A stretch of DNA of 61,307 nt, the filler included, from Kipferlia bialata (lineage: Eukaryota), in assembly GCA_003568945.1 (NCBI GenBank). It is 3 parts of 3 records of this genome, joined end to end, with 100 filler letters (N's around TTAATTAATTAA, not from the genome) between each part and the next. Parts side by side here need not be neighbours in the genome. Positions count along the whole stretch, not along the records: positions 20,476 to 40,841 come from BDIP01000380.1; positions 40,942 to 61,307 come from BDIP01000381.1; 1 more part is not named here. One strand, written 5' to 3'. Of this stretch, positions 37,901 to 51,600 are shown one piece after another (position 1 is the first letter of the stretch; each line of letters opens with the position of its first letter). A program made the translations under genes and the position numbers. The notes under the pieces are model-generated. The model saw nothing but the letters and a program-made list of their open reading frames with translations. It was not told the origin of the DNA and searched no databases.

Positions 37901-39358
37901 GCTTGGTCAATGAAGGGTCAGGGGCAAGGAGGGCAGAGAGGAGCAGAGGGGTCAGGCCATACCTGGGTGAGTAGATAGTATATGAATACAGAGAGAGAGA
38001 GAGAGAGCTGGGTGAGGGGGAAGTAATGAGTAGATACGCTATATATATATATATATATATACAGAGCGAGCGAGAGAGGGATACTATGAATCTGTACGTA
38101 CTGGTCTGGGGGGCAGAAGAACTGGATGGGAGCCGAGTGGTCCCCAAAGGCACATGAGATGGCCACATTAGAGTGGGTGGAGGGGCCCTCCTCCTTCTCC
38201 TTCCCCTTGCCACTCTCTCCCTCTCCCTCCGCCCCTTCCTCTACCTCTGCGTCTCCGGGTAGCCTTATCAGCTCACTCTCATCAGGGGCAGGCTGGTTCT
38301 CAGGAGAGGGGTGGTCACTCACTGCCACCAGGTCATTGAGGGTCTCAAAGACAGTGAGCAGGAAGGCAAGGATCAGCTCCAGAGAGGGAACAGAGCCTAG
38401 GGTAAGGGAATAGCGAATCTCACGGTAGCCACCTGAATAGGATTATATAGTGTACCTAATGCGAAGTAGTGCATGGGAGACCGCCCGTATATGTCCTGTC
38501 CAAATGCGTGCTGGATGTTGTCGAAGTACCCAGCATCAAGGTCCTCACCCAGACAGGTCAGCAGGACCTGGAAGGGTAAGGGGTCGTCAGAGAGACTATA
38601 TCTACTCACTTGGATATATATGGTTACATATGGTTGTCAGGGTACCTGCAGACAGCGTAGGTATGCCTCTGGTGTCTCGTTCTGCCCTGTCTCATAGTCC
38701 AGAGACTGGTCTGCAGACTGCACCTGGGATGGTGAGTGGAGGGGGAATATAGTGCGGTATATGGAATATCAAATATCGAAGAGTGAGTGGATGGGTACTA
38801 CCAATTGGGTTGCAATAGGAGAGTGCCATGGAGAGAGTGTGGTGCTATCTGCACGTACCAGCAGCTCTGAGTCCCCGACAGCCAACAGGTGCAGCACAGT
38901 GTGGCCCCTGGGGTTAAGAACACATCAAGAGAGTGGAAATATGGTGTGTTCACTGCAATGTAATATCTGATATTTATCCTTGGATGGTTGTGTGTACTCC
39001 AGCCCTCACCTCTGTGTGCTCTCAGAGGCCACTGCACAGAGGTCTCTCTGACACATCTCTCTGGGGTCAGACATATAGGGAGAGAGAGAGAGGGGGGGGG
39101 GGAGAGAGAGTATATGCCCACCTAAGGAGTACGTGGTCTGCCTTGAGTGCCGCAAAGTGGGCCGGGGTGAAGCCATGCTCGTCCTGGGGTGAGGGAGGAG
39201 AGAGAGGTATGGAATGTAAACAGGAGTATAGTATTGAGAGAAGCATATACACTGACACCAACATGGTACCTGAGGTGTGATGAGTCCCCCTGCCTCAAAA
39301 AGAGCATGGACACAGTCGAGATCACCCTGGGGGTCAGTATCGGAAAGAGAGAAGAAGA

Positions 39359-39410
<52 letters not shown>

Positions 39411-40073
39411 CCACCCACCCTGAGTGCAGCCAGATGGAGTGGACTGTGTCCGGCAGCTGTGAGCTTGTTGGCGTCTGCCCCGGTCATCAACAGGGCATCT
39501 GGGGGGTGAGAGAGTGAGGAGAGGGGCAATAGCAGAGAGTGTGGAGGAACTACTGGGAGTATGGAGAGAGTCACTGTGGGTAAGTAAGAGTAACCAGGGG
39601 TGGCTGAACTCAGGAGGGGGGGCAAGCAGTACAAAGAGAGGGCAGGAGGAATACTCCATACGACAAAGAGATAGGAGAGACACAGTCACATGAGTACCTA
39701 TGAGGCCTGGCAAGGCAGCGTCTGCGGCATAGTGCAAGGGGGTCTCTCCATAGGCGTTCACAGCATCCACCACATCCGCCCTAGCGATGGAGCTGGGTGC
39801 ATAGGTGGGCTCTCCCCCCTCAGTTCCTCCAGTCTCGTATTCAACAGGTGGGGGGACACCTGTGGCGATGATGCAGTTGACGATCATGCTCACGAGGTCC
39901 TCCCTCTCCTGCAGCACCACTGCATGTAAGATGGTGCTGCCCTCGGGGTCCCTCAGCTGCAGGGGGTCCTCGGCGTCGGCTATGATGCCCCTCAGCATCT
40001 CGTCCCTGTGCTGGCCCAGCGCAGCCTCGATCAGAGGCCACTGCGGGGAGGCATCCCCGCTCCAGGCTGCCAT
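28947..40073 (-). CDS. Large ankyrin-repeat protein with C-terminal FYVE domain (Rabankyrin/ANKFY1-like architecture), more than 30 exons
   Basis: Ankyrin motifs GSTILHAVV, GETPLHYAA, GHSPLHLAA, GFTPAHFAA, GRSPMHYFA, HRTPLHIAA and GLTPLHVAA. Last three exons (29310-28947) splice to WEINANMLVCPECGVAFGKFLNRRHHCRACGRVLCSKCCSH...RVKVCEQC...RRR*. Confidence 0.85.
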
Positions 40074-40250
40074 CGGTCACAAGCAGTATGTGAGAGAAGT
40101 GGGGTGCCCTGTGTGAGGGGTAGGGCTCTCTGAGTAGATCAGTGGTGTCAGGTGAGAGTCTCATTTCTTAGCCCCTTATAGAAATCCAGGCAAAAACGGC
40201 CATTGATAGAGCTGTGTGTACTCTGTTCTATCCGCCGTTCATACCACGCT

Positions 40251-40711
40251 ATGTTCGGAGCTGGGCCATATAACCCGGCTACTAGAGCGGCGCCTGCGTC
40301 TCCACATGGTGATGGCTTCCAGGGTGCCTTTCCCCCCTCTCCTGGCCAGGCGGTTGCCTACAGTCAGCAGCCTTCCTCGCAGGAGAACTCCCATCCTTGC
40401 TCCCAAGTGGTCACCCCCGTGTTTACTGGCCCTCACATGGCTACAGGGTGCGCTGTATCTTCTCTGCCATCCAGTCCAGGTCGCACCCCAGGGCACTCTC
40501 CGTCCCCCTCCCCCTCCCACTCACCCCGACGCCGCTTGACCAAGTTATCCTCCCTACGTAACGAGCCGGAGTCGGTGCGTAGCCACCACCCGTACCCTAC
40601 GGATACAGCAGCGATGCAGAGGGAGACCCAACGGGAGAGAGAGCGAGTGGGGCTGCGCGCTAGGGCTCGTGGGAGGGTGATTGCTGCCAAGAGGCGGGAG
40701 AGCATTCACAG
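40251..40711 (+). CDS. First exon of a gene truncated by the contig end; Pro/Ser-rich N-terminus then a basic IBB-like segment
   Basis: MFGAGPYNP...MQRETQRERERVGLRARARGRVIAAKRRESIHR|gtac. The Arg spacing loosely resembles the importin-alpha IBB domain. Confidence 0.45.
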
Positions 40712-40790
40712 GTACTATTGACATCACCCCATGTCACTATAGTTCTATACATATATCCAGTCTTCTGCTCTTACCATATTATAGTAACCA

Positions 40791-40841
<51 letters not shown>

Positions 40842-40941
40842 NNNNNNNNNNNNNNNNNNNNNNNNNNNNNNNNNNNNNNNNNNNNTTAATTAATTAANNN
40901 NNNNNNNNNNNNNNNNNNNNNNNNNNNNNNNNNNNNNNNNN
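40842..40941. other. Artificial scaffold-concatenation linker
   Basis: 44 N + TTAATTAATTAA + 44 N. Confidence 0.95.
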
Positions 40942-41140
40942 CTTCTCTTTCCCCCCCCTCCCCCCCCCCCCCCCCCCCCCATATTTCTCTACCCCATCCT
41001 CCCCCCTCCCCTCCTTTCCATTATTTACGACACTATTTACCTACCTCCCTAGTGTTATGAACTTCTCTCTCTCCCAACTGTGATGCTATTTATACTCTCT
41101 CTATAGTTCACTCCTCCTCCCTCACTATAGACCACCTCAG

Positions 41141-42709
41141 ACTCCTGGGACTGGATCCCCCTCTACAACACAACAGCATCCAGAGCAATATGCAGAGGGG
41201 CACACATAGGCATAGAGGGATTCCTGCTACTTACAGGGTCAGTACTATCTTCTCTCTCCTTTGTCTCTCGAATCACTGCCTTCCCGGCCTTCCTCACCCC
41301 AGCTATCTCCTCACCTTGAGCAGCCTCAGGCGGCGTCCGTCTACTTTCCCATACACCAAGCACTCTGGTCGCTTTGTCCTATCTGAGCACATGCATGTAT
41401 ATGTGAGGAGGCTCATCAGGTGCGTTTTACGTGAAGTATGGCTACCTTTGAAAAGGACAAGTAGTGTCCCTCCATCCCGCCCTGACCCCTCCAGGCTCTG
41501 GCAGCTAGGAGTCCTCCTCCATCTAGGCGACATCGCCCAGATCCTGACCCTCGACTTCTGGCTGGTCTTTGTAGGGTTTGGACTGGATAGCCAGGGGAAG
41601 ATATGGTACCTGGGCATTGACGCCCTCAACACCCTAGTCCATCTTCCTATCCTGCTATACCTGGCCAGACGGATAGGCATGCCTAGGGGCAGGAGGGTGC
41701 AGAGGGGTAAGGAGGATAGACACCCACCCAGGGTGTGGCTTGTGAGGTACCTCCCTCTGGCCCTGCCCTCCCTACTCTTCGAACTAGGCATGTCATACTG
41801 GCTGGCTAGAGACCCCGAGGTCACTCCGTACAAGGTATAGTGGTGTGTGAAGAGAACACGTGTCCTATACTTCCTCTCTCCTATTCTCACGCCGAGGTAT
41901 CGTACAGACACTGGTTCTCGTTCGGCCTAGGGGGAGCTCTTGGTGCCTACAAGCACTTCCACAACACAGCAGTAGCCACTAGATTAGCAGAGTCTAATGC
42001 TGTGGAAAATGTGCCTGAGACTAGGGAACCAGCTACAGAGGGGGGTCCTTGTATGGATAACCATACTAATAGTGATGCTGTCTCCCCGCCAGAGTCACCT
42101 GGTGATGTATCCCACGTTGATGCCCCCAACCCCACCCCCCACTCTGTCTCTGTCCCCATGTGTGTGTGGCAAGTACTGCTGAGTGTGGTGTTTGTGTTGG
42201 TGATGGGTGTCCTCATTCCCCTGGTGGGATATGCCGAGGCCTCGGGGCATAACGATGACGTGGCCATTCCCTATCTGGTCCAGCTCCTGGGTGCCTGTCA
42301 GCTGGCCTCTGTCCTCTATGCCTGTGCCTTCCACCTACTCATACACACTAGATGCATCCAGCCCTTGAGACATTCCATCGGGGTGTCTCCCTTTGTATCC
42401 AAGGTGGCCAGGGTCTCATTCCCACTCTACCTCACACACTGGATACTGCCCCTCTCCCTTGCACCAGACGGTGAGGAGCACCTATACTCATGGAGGCCCT
42501 TGCTAGATGCGGCACTCTTGCTAGGCTGTCTGAGTCTCGAGGTCAGGTTCGGTACATACTGGGGGGACCTACTTGGGAAGACCCTCTACCACCACTTCAG
42601 GTTCAAGGTGACACTGCCTGTCTATGAGCCACCCTGCACCCTTGAGACAGATACTGATACACCTTGTACACTGGAGGCAGGGCATGTCTTGGAGGGTGTA
42701 GTGGAATAG
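41141..42709 (+). CDS. 3' part of an acyltransferase-3 (OafA/NRF-6-like) multipass membrane protein
   Basis: WYLGIDALNTLVHLPILLYL (cf. WYLxxDxQ), FSFGLGGALG and VARVSFPLYLTHW (cf. SYxxYLxH), with several hydrophobic helices. An intron at about 41835-41895 joins the two ORF frames. Confidence 0.6.
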
Positions 42710-43306
42710 CCATAGACAGTAGTTAGATATATATCTCAGAAGAAGATACTGTATAAATGTACACGTGTTCTATTATTGTAACAGTTGTAGCTTCGTACTG
42801 CTTGGGTGGTCAGACACAGTACTGATCAGAGGTGTGTAACACACCAACTGAGGCACCCACTCTCAATTGCCAGCAAGAACCCCAATAGGCAGAACCAACA
42901 CTGGTCACTCTTAGTCTTGCTAACTGGGGGACTAATAGACTCTATGGCTCATAGACATCGATCCCCCTCTAGAAAGACTGAGATTGATTGGTCTGAGAAC
43001 ACTCTCTCGTGTGTTCGCGCGGCGTTACCTAGTCGGGTACTGTGTCAATGTGTGTCAACGCCCTCATGGGCGTGTACTGCCCATGGGTTGTTGTTCCGCA
43101 CTAGGGAGCCCAAGCCAGGAGTGCAGCACAATACACACACCTCAGCAGTACACTAAGAGGAGGGGAGTGGCACTACGAACCTGAGGCACTGAGAGGCCAT
43201 CCCCTCTGGATGGCTAGAGCACCCTGTCCCTCTACCTCACCCTTTAAGTGCTGGGATGGAGCATGTTGCACACTCGTATGTATGGCGGTGCATGGTTCAG
43301 TTCAGT

Positions 43307-43667
43307 TCATCCGAACATCATTGAGAGCCCACTGCCACTCCCCTCAGGCTTGTCTCCCTCTGACCTCTCCTCCTGTGTACTGGCCTGTCTCAGCAGACGC
43401 ACCCACCGTCTGCGCTCGGCCTCGTCCTGATGGGGTCAGTATACATTCATACAATGATATATGTATTATATAGTGTCGATCTACACATGAAAGGCGTTGA
43501 GCGTTGATATCATACCTCTGCCTCAAAGACATAGACCCTGGTCTCCCCGGGTATGGCTATGGTGAATATGTGCGGGTGGGATCGGTTGGACTGCACAGGG
43601 GTCACCACTGCCCCACTTGCAAGAGAGATGGTGCCTCTGGGGACGCTGTCACCCTCCTGGGTATCAG

Positions 43668-43707
<40 letters not shown>

Positions 43708-44562
43708 CCCTCCTGGGTATCAGAAGAGAGTAATAAAGGAAAAGTGAGAGAACAAGAGAGAGAGAGAGAGAGATTGTGTGAGATGAAGTCTAACCTTGCG
43801 GTAGTAGAACAGGTTCTGGTACTCTAGGACACAGAACCGAATGCGCCATGATTTGATGCGGCCTCCCTGCTTCCTCAGCCAGCCACGCTTCTGGGGTCAG
43901 GATAGATAGAAGCGATACAAGAGATAGAATAGTCTTATAGAGTATAAAATTTACACCAGAGACAGTGCCCTCACCTCTACTAGTGCTGGGGGAGTGACGC
44001 TGTGTGTGGTACTAGTTGTGAGTGCCCCCTCCTGTCCATCGCCTGTGTCTGTGCCATAAGAGTGTGCCTGTGCAAAGGACCCAGAGAGAGAGGGGCTGGG
44101 GTGCATGGTTCCCACAGGGGCCACGGTCTCAGTGACGTCTGCCTCTGGGCCCTCCACAGAGTACTCATAGTCTGCCTCCGGGTCTGGCTTGGGACCGGTC
44201 TTCCTCACATCCAGGCCCCTCACCTTGACACTCCTGGCCGTGAACTGCACTGTCTCCTCCTCACACGTGGCAGACTGGTGGGTGCCAGTCCACTCCAGAG
44301 GGCTAGCAGGGGCCTCAGTAACAGCACCCCCAAGCACAGTGGAGGGAAGGGTCACATAGTCACCAACTACAAGAGACGCAGGGTTGTGGCGCTTACGCTC
44401 TGCTGCAGCTACCTCCAACTGTATCCACCACTCACTCCCTATCTCATCATCACGACAAGCAGGCGAGGGGAACGTCGTGTACCGAGGGGGGAGCAGGGCT
44501 GGGAACATACTGCAAAAGAGAGGTCCCTCTGACTCAGAGGGCTCTGAGCGTTTTTGTGTCAT
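43307..44562 (-). CDS. PH-domain protein
   Basis: Spliced KRGWLRKQGGRIKSWRIRFCVLEYQNLFYYRK|EGDSVPRGTISL...HIFTIAIPG...VFEAE|DEAERRRWVRLL, a canonical PH domain, after a low-complexity first exon. Confidence 0.85.
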
Positions 44563-44679
44563 GTCAGGTAGAGGGTGTAGGCTGGGTCAATCTTCAACTC
44601 TTTACTCTCACGGCTGGAGAGAGCTGTTTAGCCCCCTTGTTACCATATAGGACCTTCCTTCCATTCTCTAGGGTGCGCT

Positions 44680-47600
44680 ATGCAGCCAGTGACCGAGGGG
44701 TCTCTGGAGGACCTGTGTCGGGTCTGTCCGGATGAGGACCCCCTCTCTGTGCTGCACCTGGCAGAGCACCTGTGCTCCAACAGACGCTATGCCTCAGCGG
44801 TCTCCCTGGCCTTTTCTATCCTCACTCTCTTCCCTGTGCCCGAGAGCCAGGCGGAGAGCGCCGCCTCCCCCTGGTGCCGCACTATCCACTGTGCTCTGCT
44901 CTCTGCCTCCCAGGGGGGTAGGGTGTGGACACCAGAGGCACAGCAGGCACTCATGTACATCCACGCCAACATCAACGTGATCCCAGTGGGCCTGGCCCGG
45001 CTAGTGTTGCGTGTGCACACTGCGCGGCTGTCTGTGCTCCCTGTCTACCCAGATGCCATGGCTAGAGGCCTGGCTGTGAGGCTGAGGGAGGTGGGGCACA
45101 GCGTGGATGCAGAGGTGGTGCACTTTGTGCATCAGTGGATAGAGATGCCCCTCATCAAGAGGAAGATGATAGCCGGGAGCGGGGACCGGATGCGGTGGCT
45201 GAGTCTGAGTGCCGGACTGCCCCTCTGTCTGAGAGCAGTGGCACAGGCCAGGCTGGCTGCCATCATACCCGTGCCTATACCCCCTCCCACAGCAGTCACA
45301 TCCCACCCAGTGCCTCCTGCTGCTGCCCTGGCATACTGCTCTGCAGCGCTGGAGGCAGCCTTCCTGCGTCTCTCCCCCTCTCTCCTCTCCCACGTACGTA
45401 TGCTGGACTCCCTCTCCTCCCGACCTGCCTGTCTGTCTCTGATACCCGAGATAGTGACCCCCCTTGCCATGTCAGGAGCACTCCTCAGTGGGCATGTCGG
45501 TGAGTGCCCTGCCCTGCTGTCTGCCTGGGGCATGGACACATTCCCCCTCTCCCTCCTCTCATCCGTGCCCCCATACACCCTGAGGGCACCCACAGACGTG
45601 CTCAAGATGTGCCGGGATAACGTCGCAGTCTGCCCGTCTGCTGCTCTGGCCATAGCCACTGTCGTGGTGGCAGGGGCCAAGGTACGCGATTACGTAGATA
45701 TGCCTCCTCTCTCCCATTGCTACTCTCTCTCTATGTGCCTATGACACCCTCCTCCTCTCTCTTGACCCCAGCCCCCCCAGCACCTGTCCAGACAGTGGTC
45801 CAGCACAGTGCTCAAGAGTGCCAGGCTCATGGCCCTGGGTACGCATACAGACACGTCCATTTCCATATCACTACTATGAATATACACAACTAGTATACTC
45901 ATTACACAACATGTATCCTTGCACTTCCTTAACACCTGATGTGTCTGTTTCTTGTGCATATATATGTATAGGCTCTGTACCCACCCCAGGCCGTGCCTAC
46001 CCTGCCCCCCTCTCCCTCAAGATAGCCATTGGGACTATCGGACTGGGAAGCGTCAGGTATTATGTTTGTGGATGTACCCCTTCAATACCCTGCTCCCTAT
46101 CTCTACTGTCACCCCCCCCCCCCTTACCTCAGTGTGCCTGATACCATGGGCACTGCCGAGGGTGTACGGTCAGTGCGCGAGATGCTCCCGGCCGACCCCT
46201 GCTCCCCCTACCTCCAGGCTGCACTCCGAGTGGCCAAGGGAGAGGCCCTGACAGAGGGTGGGGGCGAGGGGGCGGCAGATGAGAATGCAGATGTTCCCAA
46301 CAGCGCCCCCATCCCCCTCGAGAAACTGTACTCTGGTCCATTTGGTGCCTCCTGTCTCGCCCTCGGTGCCCTGTCTATGCTGCATGTCAGCGAGTACAGC
46401 AAGGCAGCGGGGCTGGTGCAGAGGTGTCTCGCGGCACCCCCCACCCCACACTGCCCTGCCCCCAACAGTGGGGACCTGGAGTATGCCTTATGCTGCTGTG
46501 AGGCACTGACTAACAGGTATCTCTCTCTCTCACACACACTATCTCTGTGAGGCACTGACTAACAGGAATAGGGGGGACATGTCTCTCTCTCTCTATATGA
46601 CTCGATGTACTATCCTCCTCTGACCCCAGACTGGACAATGCCAGACAGGCCATGACCAGGTGTCTGGCAGCAGACCCCAAGCATGGAGGTACTCCCACTC
46701 ACTACACATACACACACCTACACACACACACTCTCTCTCTCTCTCTCTCCCCCCCCCCCTCTCACCCCCAGGAGGCCTCCGGGCCAAGCAGCTGCTGGAG
46801 GATGAGGACACGGCCCAGAACGGTGCCCATGAGTTGAAGCTGGGGGCAGTGGCAGCCCTCTCCGTGGCAGGGTACGGGGTTAAGGGTGACGTCAACGGGC
46901 CTGACCTGTCAGTGGTGGGTGACATCTGCAGACTGGTGTCTAAGGGGGAGGGCCATAAGGGCACACCACATGTCCCCAGGTCACAGAGGGCTAATAGACC
47001 AGGGGCTGGGGGAGGCGGGCGGGGAGAGAACGACTACCCCGCGTACCAGGGGGAGAACCAGGCCCTGGACAGCTCTCTGGTCAGTGGGGGCTCCTGGGGT
47101 GACTCCTCCCTAGTGTCCAGGGTGGACAGTGACAGGGTGGGTAGCAGGGCCAGACACCAGGCATCAGGGGCACCCAGGGGGCCCCCTCCTATTGGGAGGC
47201 CAGGGAGGCCCACACGCAGGTATGTTGTTCATGCGTCCGTATGTATCAGATACTCTATATATACCAATACTAACACCCCAGGTACGATGACGCCTCCCCT
47301 GATATGAGAGGGTCAGCCCTCGTGGACCCCCAGGGCCGGAGGGGGACCCCAGGGATACCCCTACCCACCCCCTCTGGCTCCATACGCACAGGTCAGCTGG
47401 ACAGTCAGCTGGACGATGTGGCTAGGCGGCGACGGGAGAGAGAGAGACAGGCGGAGCTGGCCACCTCTCCCTCTGAGTTTGGCGCCTCCTCCATAGCAGC
47501 AGGGGTCTCCAACATGGGGTCCAGCTTTGGGGGTATGTCCATGTCGTTCTCCGAGCTTGGTCCCTCTCCTGCCGCAGGGGGCAGGGCCAACGGGGTCACC

Positions 47601-48041
47601 CCCGTCCGTACCCCGATGGAGCAGGGTGTCAACGGGGTCACCCCCACCGGCCCCTCCTTCGGGAACCACTCTGTCCTAGGGAGTGGCATGGCTGTGGACC
47701 CTGGGTCTGTGCCTAGGCCAGGCAGGCAGGGGGGGGCGGCCTTCGCCACTCCAGTCGATGCCACCCCTGGGGGCGCCTTTGTGTCACCCCTCATGGATGA
47801 GTCGCCTGTCATGCGCAGTCCGCCCATACTCAGGAGAGGTACGGCAGACTGATTCATTGTTATATATACAACTACTTCCTGTATTCATACGCTAGCAGTG
47901 TACCTCGTCTCTCACCCCCCAGGCCTCCAGCGTCCCCCCCCTCCCTCGTCTGTGGCTGCCAGGCAGGGACCCAATGGGGGCTCAGTCATATCCGCCTTCA
48001 GCCCCTTCTCTGCATTCGACGCAGGGTCCTCCTTCCAATAG
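44680..48041 (+). CDS. Helical/TPR-like hypothetical protein with disordered Gly/Pro/Ser-rich C-terminus
   Basis: 354-aa first ORF. TPR-like EYSKAAGLVQRCL and YALCCCEALTNRLDNARQAMTRCLAADPKH. Last exon ends FDAGSSFQ* at 48041. Confidence 0.6.
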
Positions 48042-48614
48042 ACTCTGTTGACATTGTATTATTGATATTTGTAGTTGACATATAGTGAGACTATGTTGAT
48101 AGCAAGGGTGTGGCGTTGTGGCTATACAGTACCAAGCCTGAAGGGTGGGGGGGGGGGGAACAATAGAAACACACAGACGGAAATTCCATTTCTATTGTGC
48201 CNNNNNNNNNNNNNNNNNNNNNNNNNNNNNNNNNNNNNNNNNNNNNNNNNNNNNNNNNNNNNNNNNNNNNNNNNNNNNNNNNNNNNNNNNNNNNNNNNNN
48301 NNNNNNNNNNNNNNNNNNNNNNNNNNNNNNNNNNNNNNNNNNNNNNNNNNNNNNNNNNNNNNNNNNNNNNNNNNNNNNNNNNNNNNNNNNNNNNNNNNNN
48401 NNNNNNNNNNNNNNNNNNNNNNNNNNNNNNNNNNNNNNNNNNNNNNNNNNNNNNNNNNNNNNNNNNNNNNNNNNNNNNNNNNNNNNNNNNNNNNNNNNNN
48501 NNNNNNNNNNNNNNNNNNNNNNNNNNNNNNNNNNNNNNNNNNNNNNNNNNNNNNNNNNATCTTTTATCTCTCTATTTTCCCCCCCCCCCCCCCGTGTACC
48601 TCTCTCACCCCCAG

Positions 48615-51600
48615 AACACTTTTGTGGGCCAGTCTGTGGCTGCCTCTGGTGACTGGATGGTTCTAGGGACCAGAGACAACATGGCATACGTATACAAGAG
48701 GGCCCCTGACGGCACCTGGGGCTACGCCGACTCTCTCTCCTCTGGGGGTGACGGTGGCACCACCTTTGGGTGGAACGTGGCCATGTCAGACGACTGGATG
48801 GCAGTGACATCCTCCCAGGCCACGGTGGATTCGTATAGCAACGCAGGCAAGGTGTACCTCTACCAGCTCAGTGCTGATGGCACCTACTGGGCGTACCAGC
48901 GCTCTGTAACAATGCCCACACTCGAGGCCAGCGTCTGGTTCGGTGCCAGCCTCTCCCTCAGCGGGGGGCACCTGCTAGTGTCCACCAACAACACCGCCCG
49001 GATCTTCTACGCCCATGTGTCAGGGTCTGTGGCTATAGAGCTGGCAGACGTGTCTGCCTATGACGGGGAGACCTTCACCGGCAGTAGGGTAGCAGTGAGT
49101 GCTTCGGTGGACGGGGCATGGGCAGCAGTCCTCTGCAGTAACCACGTCTTCCTCTACGACCTGTCCGTCCCTGGGTTCGAGACTGCCCCAACCTATAGTG
49201 ACAAGCACGAGTGGGGCACAACCGCCCTGTACCTGGGTCTAGACATGCTCAGCGTCAGTGGCAAGATGATTGTGGGCTCCTCTACACAGTCTGGGTTTGA
49301 TGTCTATGTGTACAGTGGAGGTACCTGGGTGAAGAGTGGACACACTACCAATGCGTCCTGCATGATGACTGCACTGTATGGCTCCACAGCTGTGTGTGCT
49401 CACAACGGCTATGTCTCTGTGTACGTCATATTTGAGAGTGGCTATACCTCTGCGCTCAGATCCCTCACCCCCACCACCTCGGGTGACCCCCACTCCATAG
49501 CCCTCTCAGAGAGTGGTCTGTTCCTGGGTGCAGGGTATGTGGACACAGATGCGGTGAGTGACAACGGAGGGGTGTACGTGTATCACGCAGACCTCCCCTA
49601 TGTTGGACCAACCACACTCAAGATGACCCTTGATGCCACACCGACCTTGCTGCAGCCCAGCGCAGGTACCCTCCCCCTCTCACGTTGTCTATCTGTTCTG
49701 TATTTGTGGGTGTTCCCACGCGTCCTTAGTTCTACTCTGCTATGTAGTTGCTGTATATACTGCCGACCCCCCCCCCCTCTCTCACCCCAGCTGCCAACTC
49801 CAGTGTGGGCGTGTCCTCTGCGGATGGCCAGTGGCTGGTGATGGGAGGGTATGGTGTCAACTCCCTCAACGGAGCAGTCTATATGTACAGGAACACCTAT
49901 GACACCTCGACCGAGTCCTGGGTGCCCTCTCTCTACCAGACCCTCTCTCCCCCCTCCGGGGCTGTACCCTCTGGTACCACAGACCTCCGCTTCGGTGCGA
50001 GTGTCTCTGTTTCTGGGGACAGACTTGCTATCGGGACTAGTTTTGAGAAGGTTGATCTCCTTCTGTCGGTAGGAGCTGTGTACACATACACCTTTGACGG
50101 CGAGTGGTGGGTGGAGGATGCAAGGATAGTTCCTGCCTCCCCCGTCGCCGAGACCAGGTGTGGCGTCTTCGTTGCCATTCAGGTGAGGGTGGAAAGACTG
50201 CCTATCAGAGGGGGATCGTAATTGTATAGACCGGGTCATTACTCTCTCTCTCTCTCTCTGTCTGAGCTATGTCTGACCCCAGGATGACCGTGTATTCTTC
50301 AGGTGTAGCAACGGCGACATCCACATGGCCACCTGTGTCGATGGGACCTGGGGCACTCCCTCGGTCATCCTCACAGGGTGGCAGTACGCACAGGTTGGGA
50401 CTGATACATTATCATACCCTCTCCTCTGCTCCACCGTGTTTCTATCTCTTTCTCCTATGTATTTGACATATGTTTCGTCTGACCATCAGTTTGCCCTGTC
50501 TGGCGACACCTTCGCTCTGTTTGGCATCAACGACCTCCACATATACGACATGTCAGTGGCCAATTGGGAGTCCAACGCTCCGGCGTTCAGTGAGAACCAT
50601 GGGTTCTGCACTGCACTGGGCAGCACCTCCTGGGGCATTGGTGCCGTCGACATGGACTCTGGTGCAGGCAGGGTTGTGTATGGGGTGGGAGCGGGTACCG
50701 TCCGTGTATCCTACTACGATGGTAGTACCTGGGTGCAGGAGAACACGTTCTCTCTCACAGCGCAGCAGGTGGCACTCCGTGGCTCCACCATTGCACTGGG
50801 GTCAGCCAACAGCCTCGCCGTCTACAGCCACTCCCAGGTGCTGGGGTGGGTCTCTGTCAATTGGGTGGACCCAGGCACCAACGGCTCCCCCTGTGCCTCT
50901 CTCTCCGTGTCTGAGTACGGCCTGTACATAGGGGCAACGGGACTCACTTCCCCATCTGCAGCTGCAGGCGGTGTCCAGGCATACTCCTACCTCCTACCCT
51001 CCTACTCGGACTCCTCTTCTCTTCTCACAGAGCTCTCTGGGGTCCCAGCTGTCATCGCCCCCTCTCTTGTGGCCGGTGCAGCGGTAGGGTCTGAGATATC
51101 TGTAGATGGGGAATGGCTGGCGATTGGTGCCCCTACCGACTTTGAGCGTGGTCTAGTCTACATGTACAGGAGGCAGGACGACCTCTCATACGAGTACTTC
51201 GAGACCCTGTCCTCAGCCTCCTGGTCAGATGCCAACACAGGCTGGCAGGGGGGAGGGTACTTCTCCTTCGGGTACAGCGTGTCTGTGTCGGGAGACAGGT
51301 ATGATACTTAGTACCAGCTTCACTATATCCCAGTATTGTCATAATAGACTCCTTTTCCATGCCTCACCAACAGGGTGGCCATTGGAGCGCACCTGTCTGC
51401 CCCATACGGCACTGCCTATGCTGGAGCAGTGTATACATTTACCTATGATGCCACTAACGGATGGGAGACGGAGGGCCTTCTCACCGAGCCTGAACTGACG
51501 TCTGGTCTCAGGTTCGGCTCCCACGTTACACTGTCTGGGAGCACTCTAGTGGTACAGTGCGGCGAGTCAGGCACTGAGGCCTCAACTGTCTACACGATCA

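Noticed and set aside
20376..40941. TTAATTAATTAA motif occurring twice, and any gene-neighbourhood inference across it
   Set aside because: Centred in identical 100-nt N spacers. The three pieces are 20375, 20366 and 20366 bp, consistent with size-sorted scaffolds joined artificially.
40792..40980. Poly-C tracts as telomeric or G-quadruplex elements
   Set aside because: They coincide with contig ends (also at 1-25 and ~61265-61290), where assemblies typically break, and lengths are unreliable; no telomeric repeat unit is present.
41835..41895. Frameshift between ORFs 41190-41840 and 41840-42709
   Set aside because: Explained by a phase-0 intron GTATAG...TTCTCACGCCGAG.
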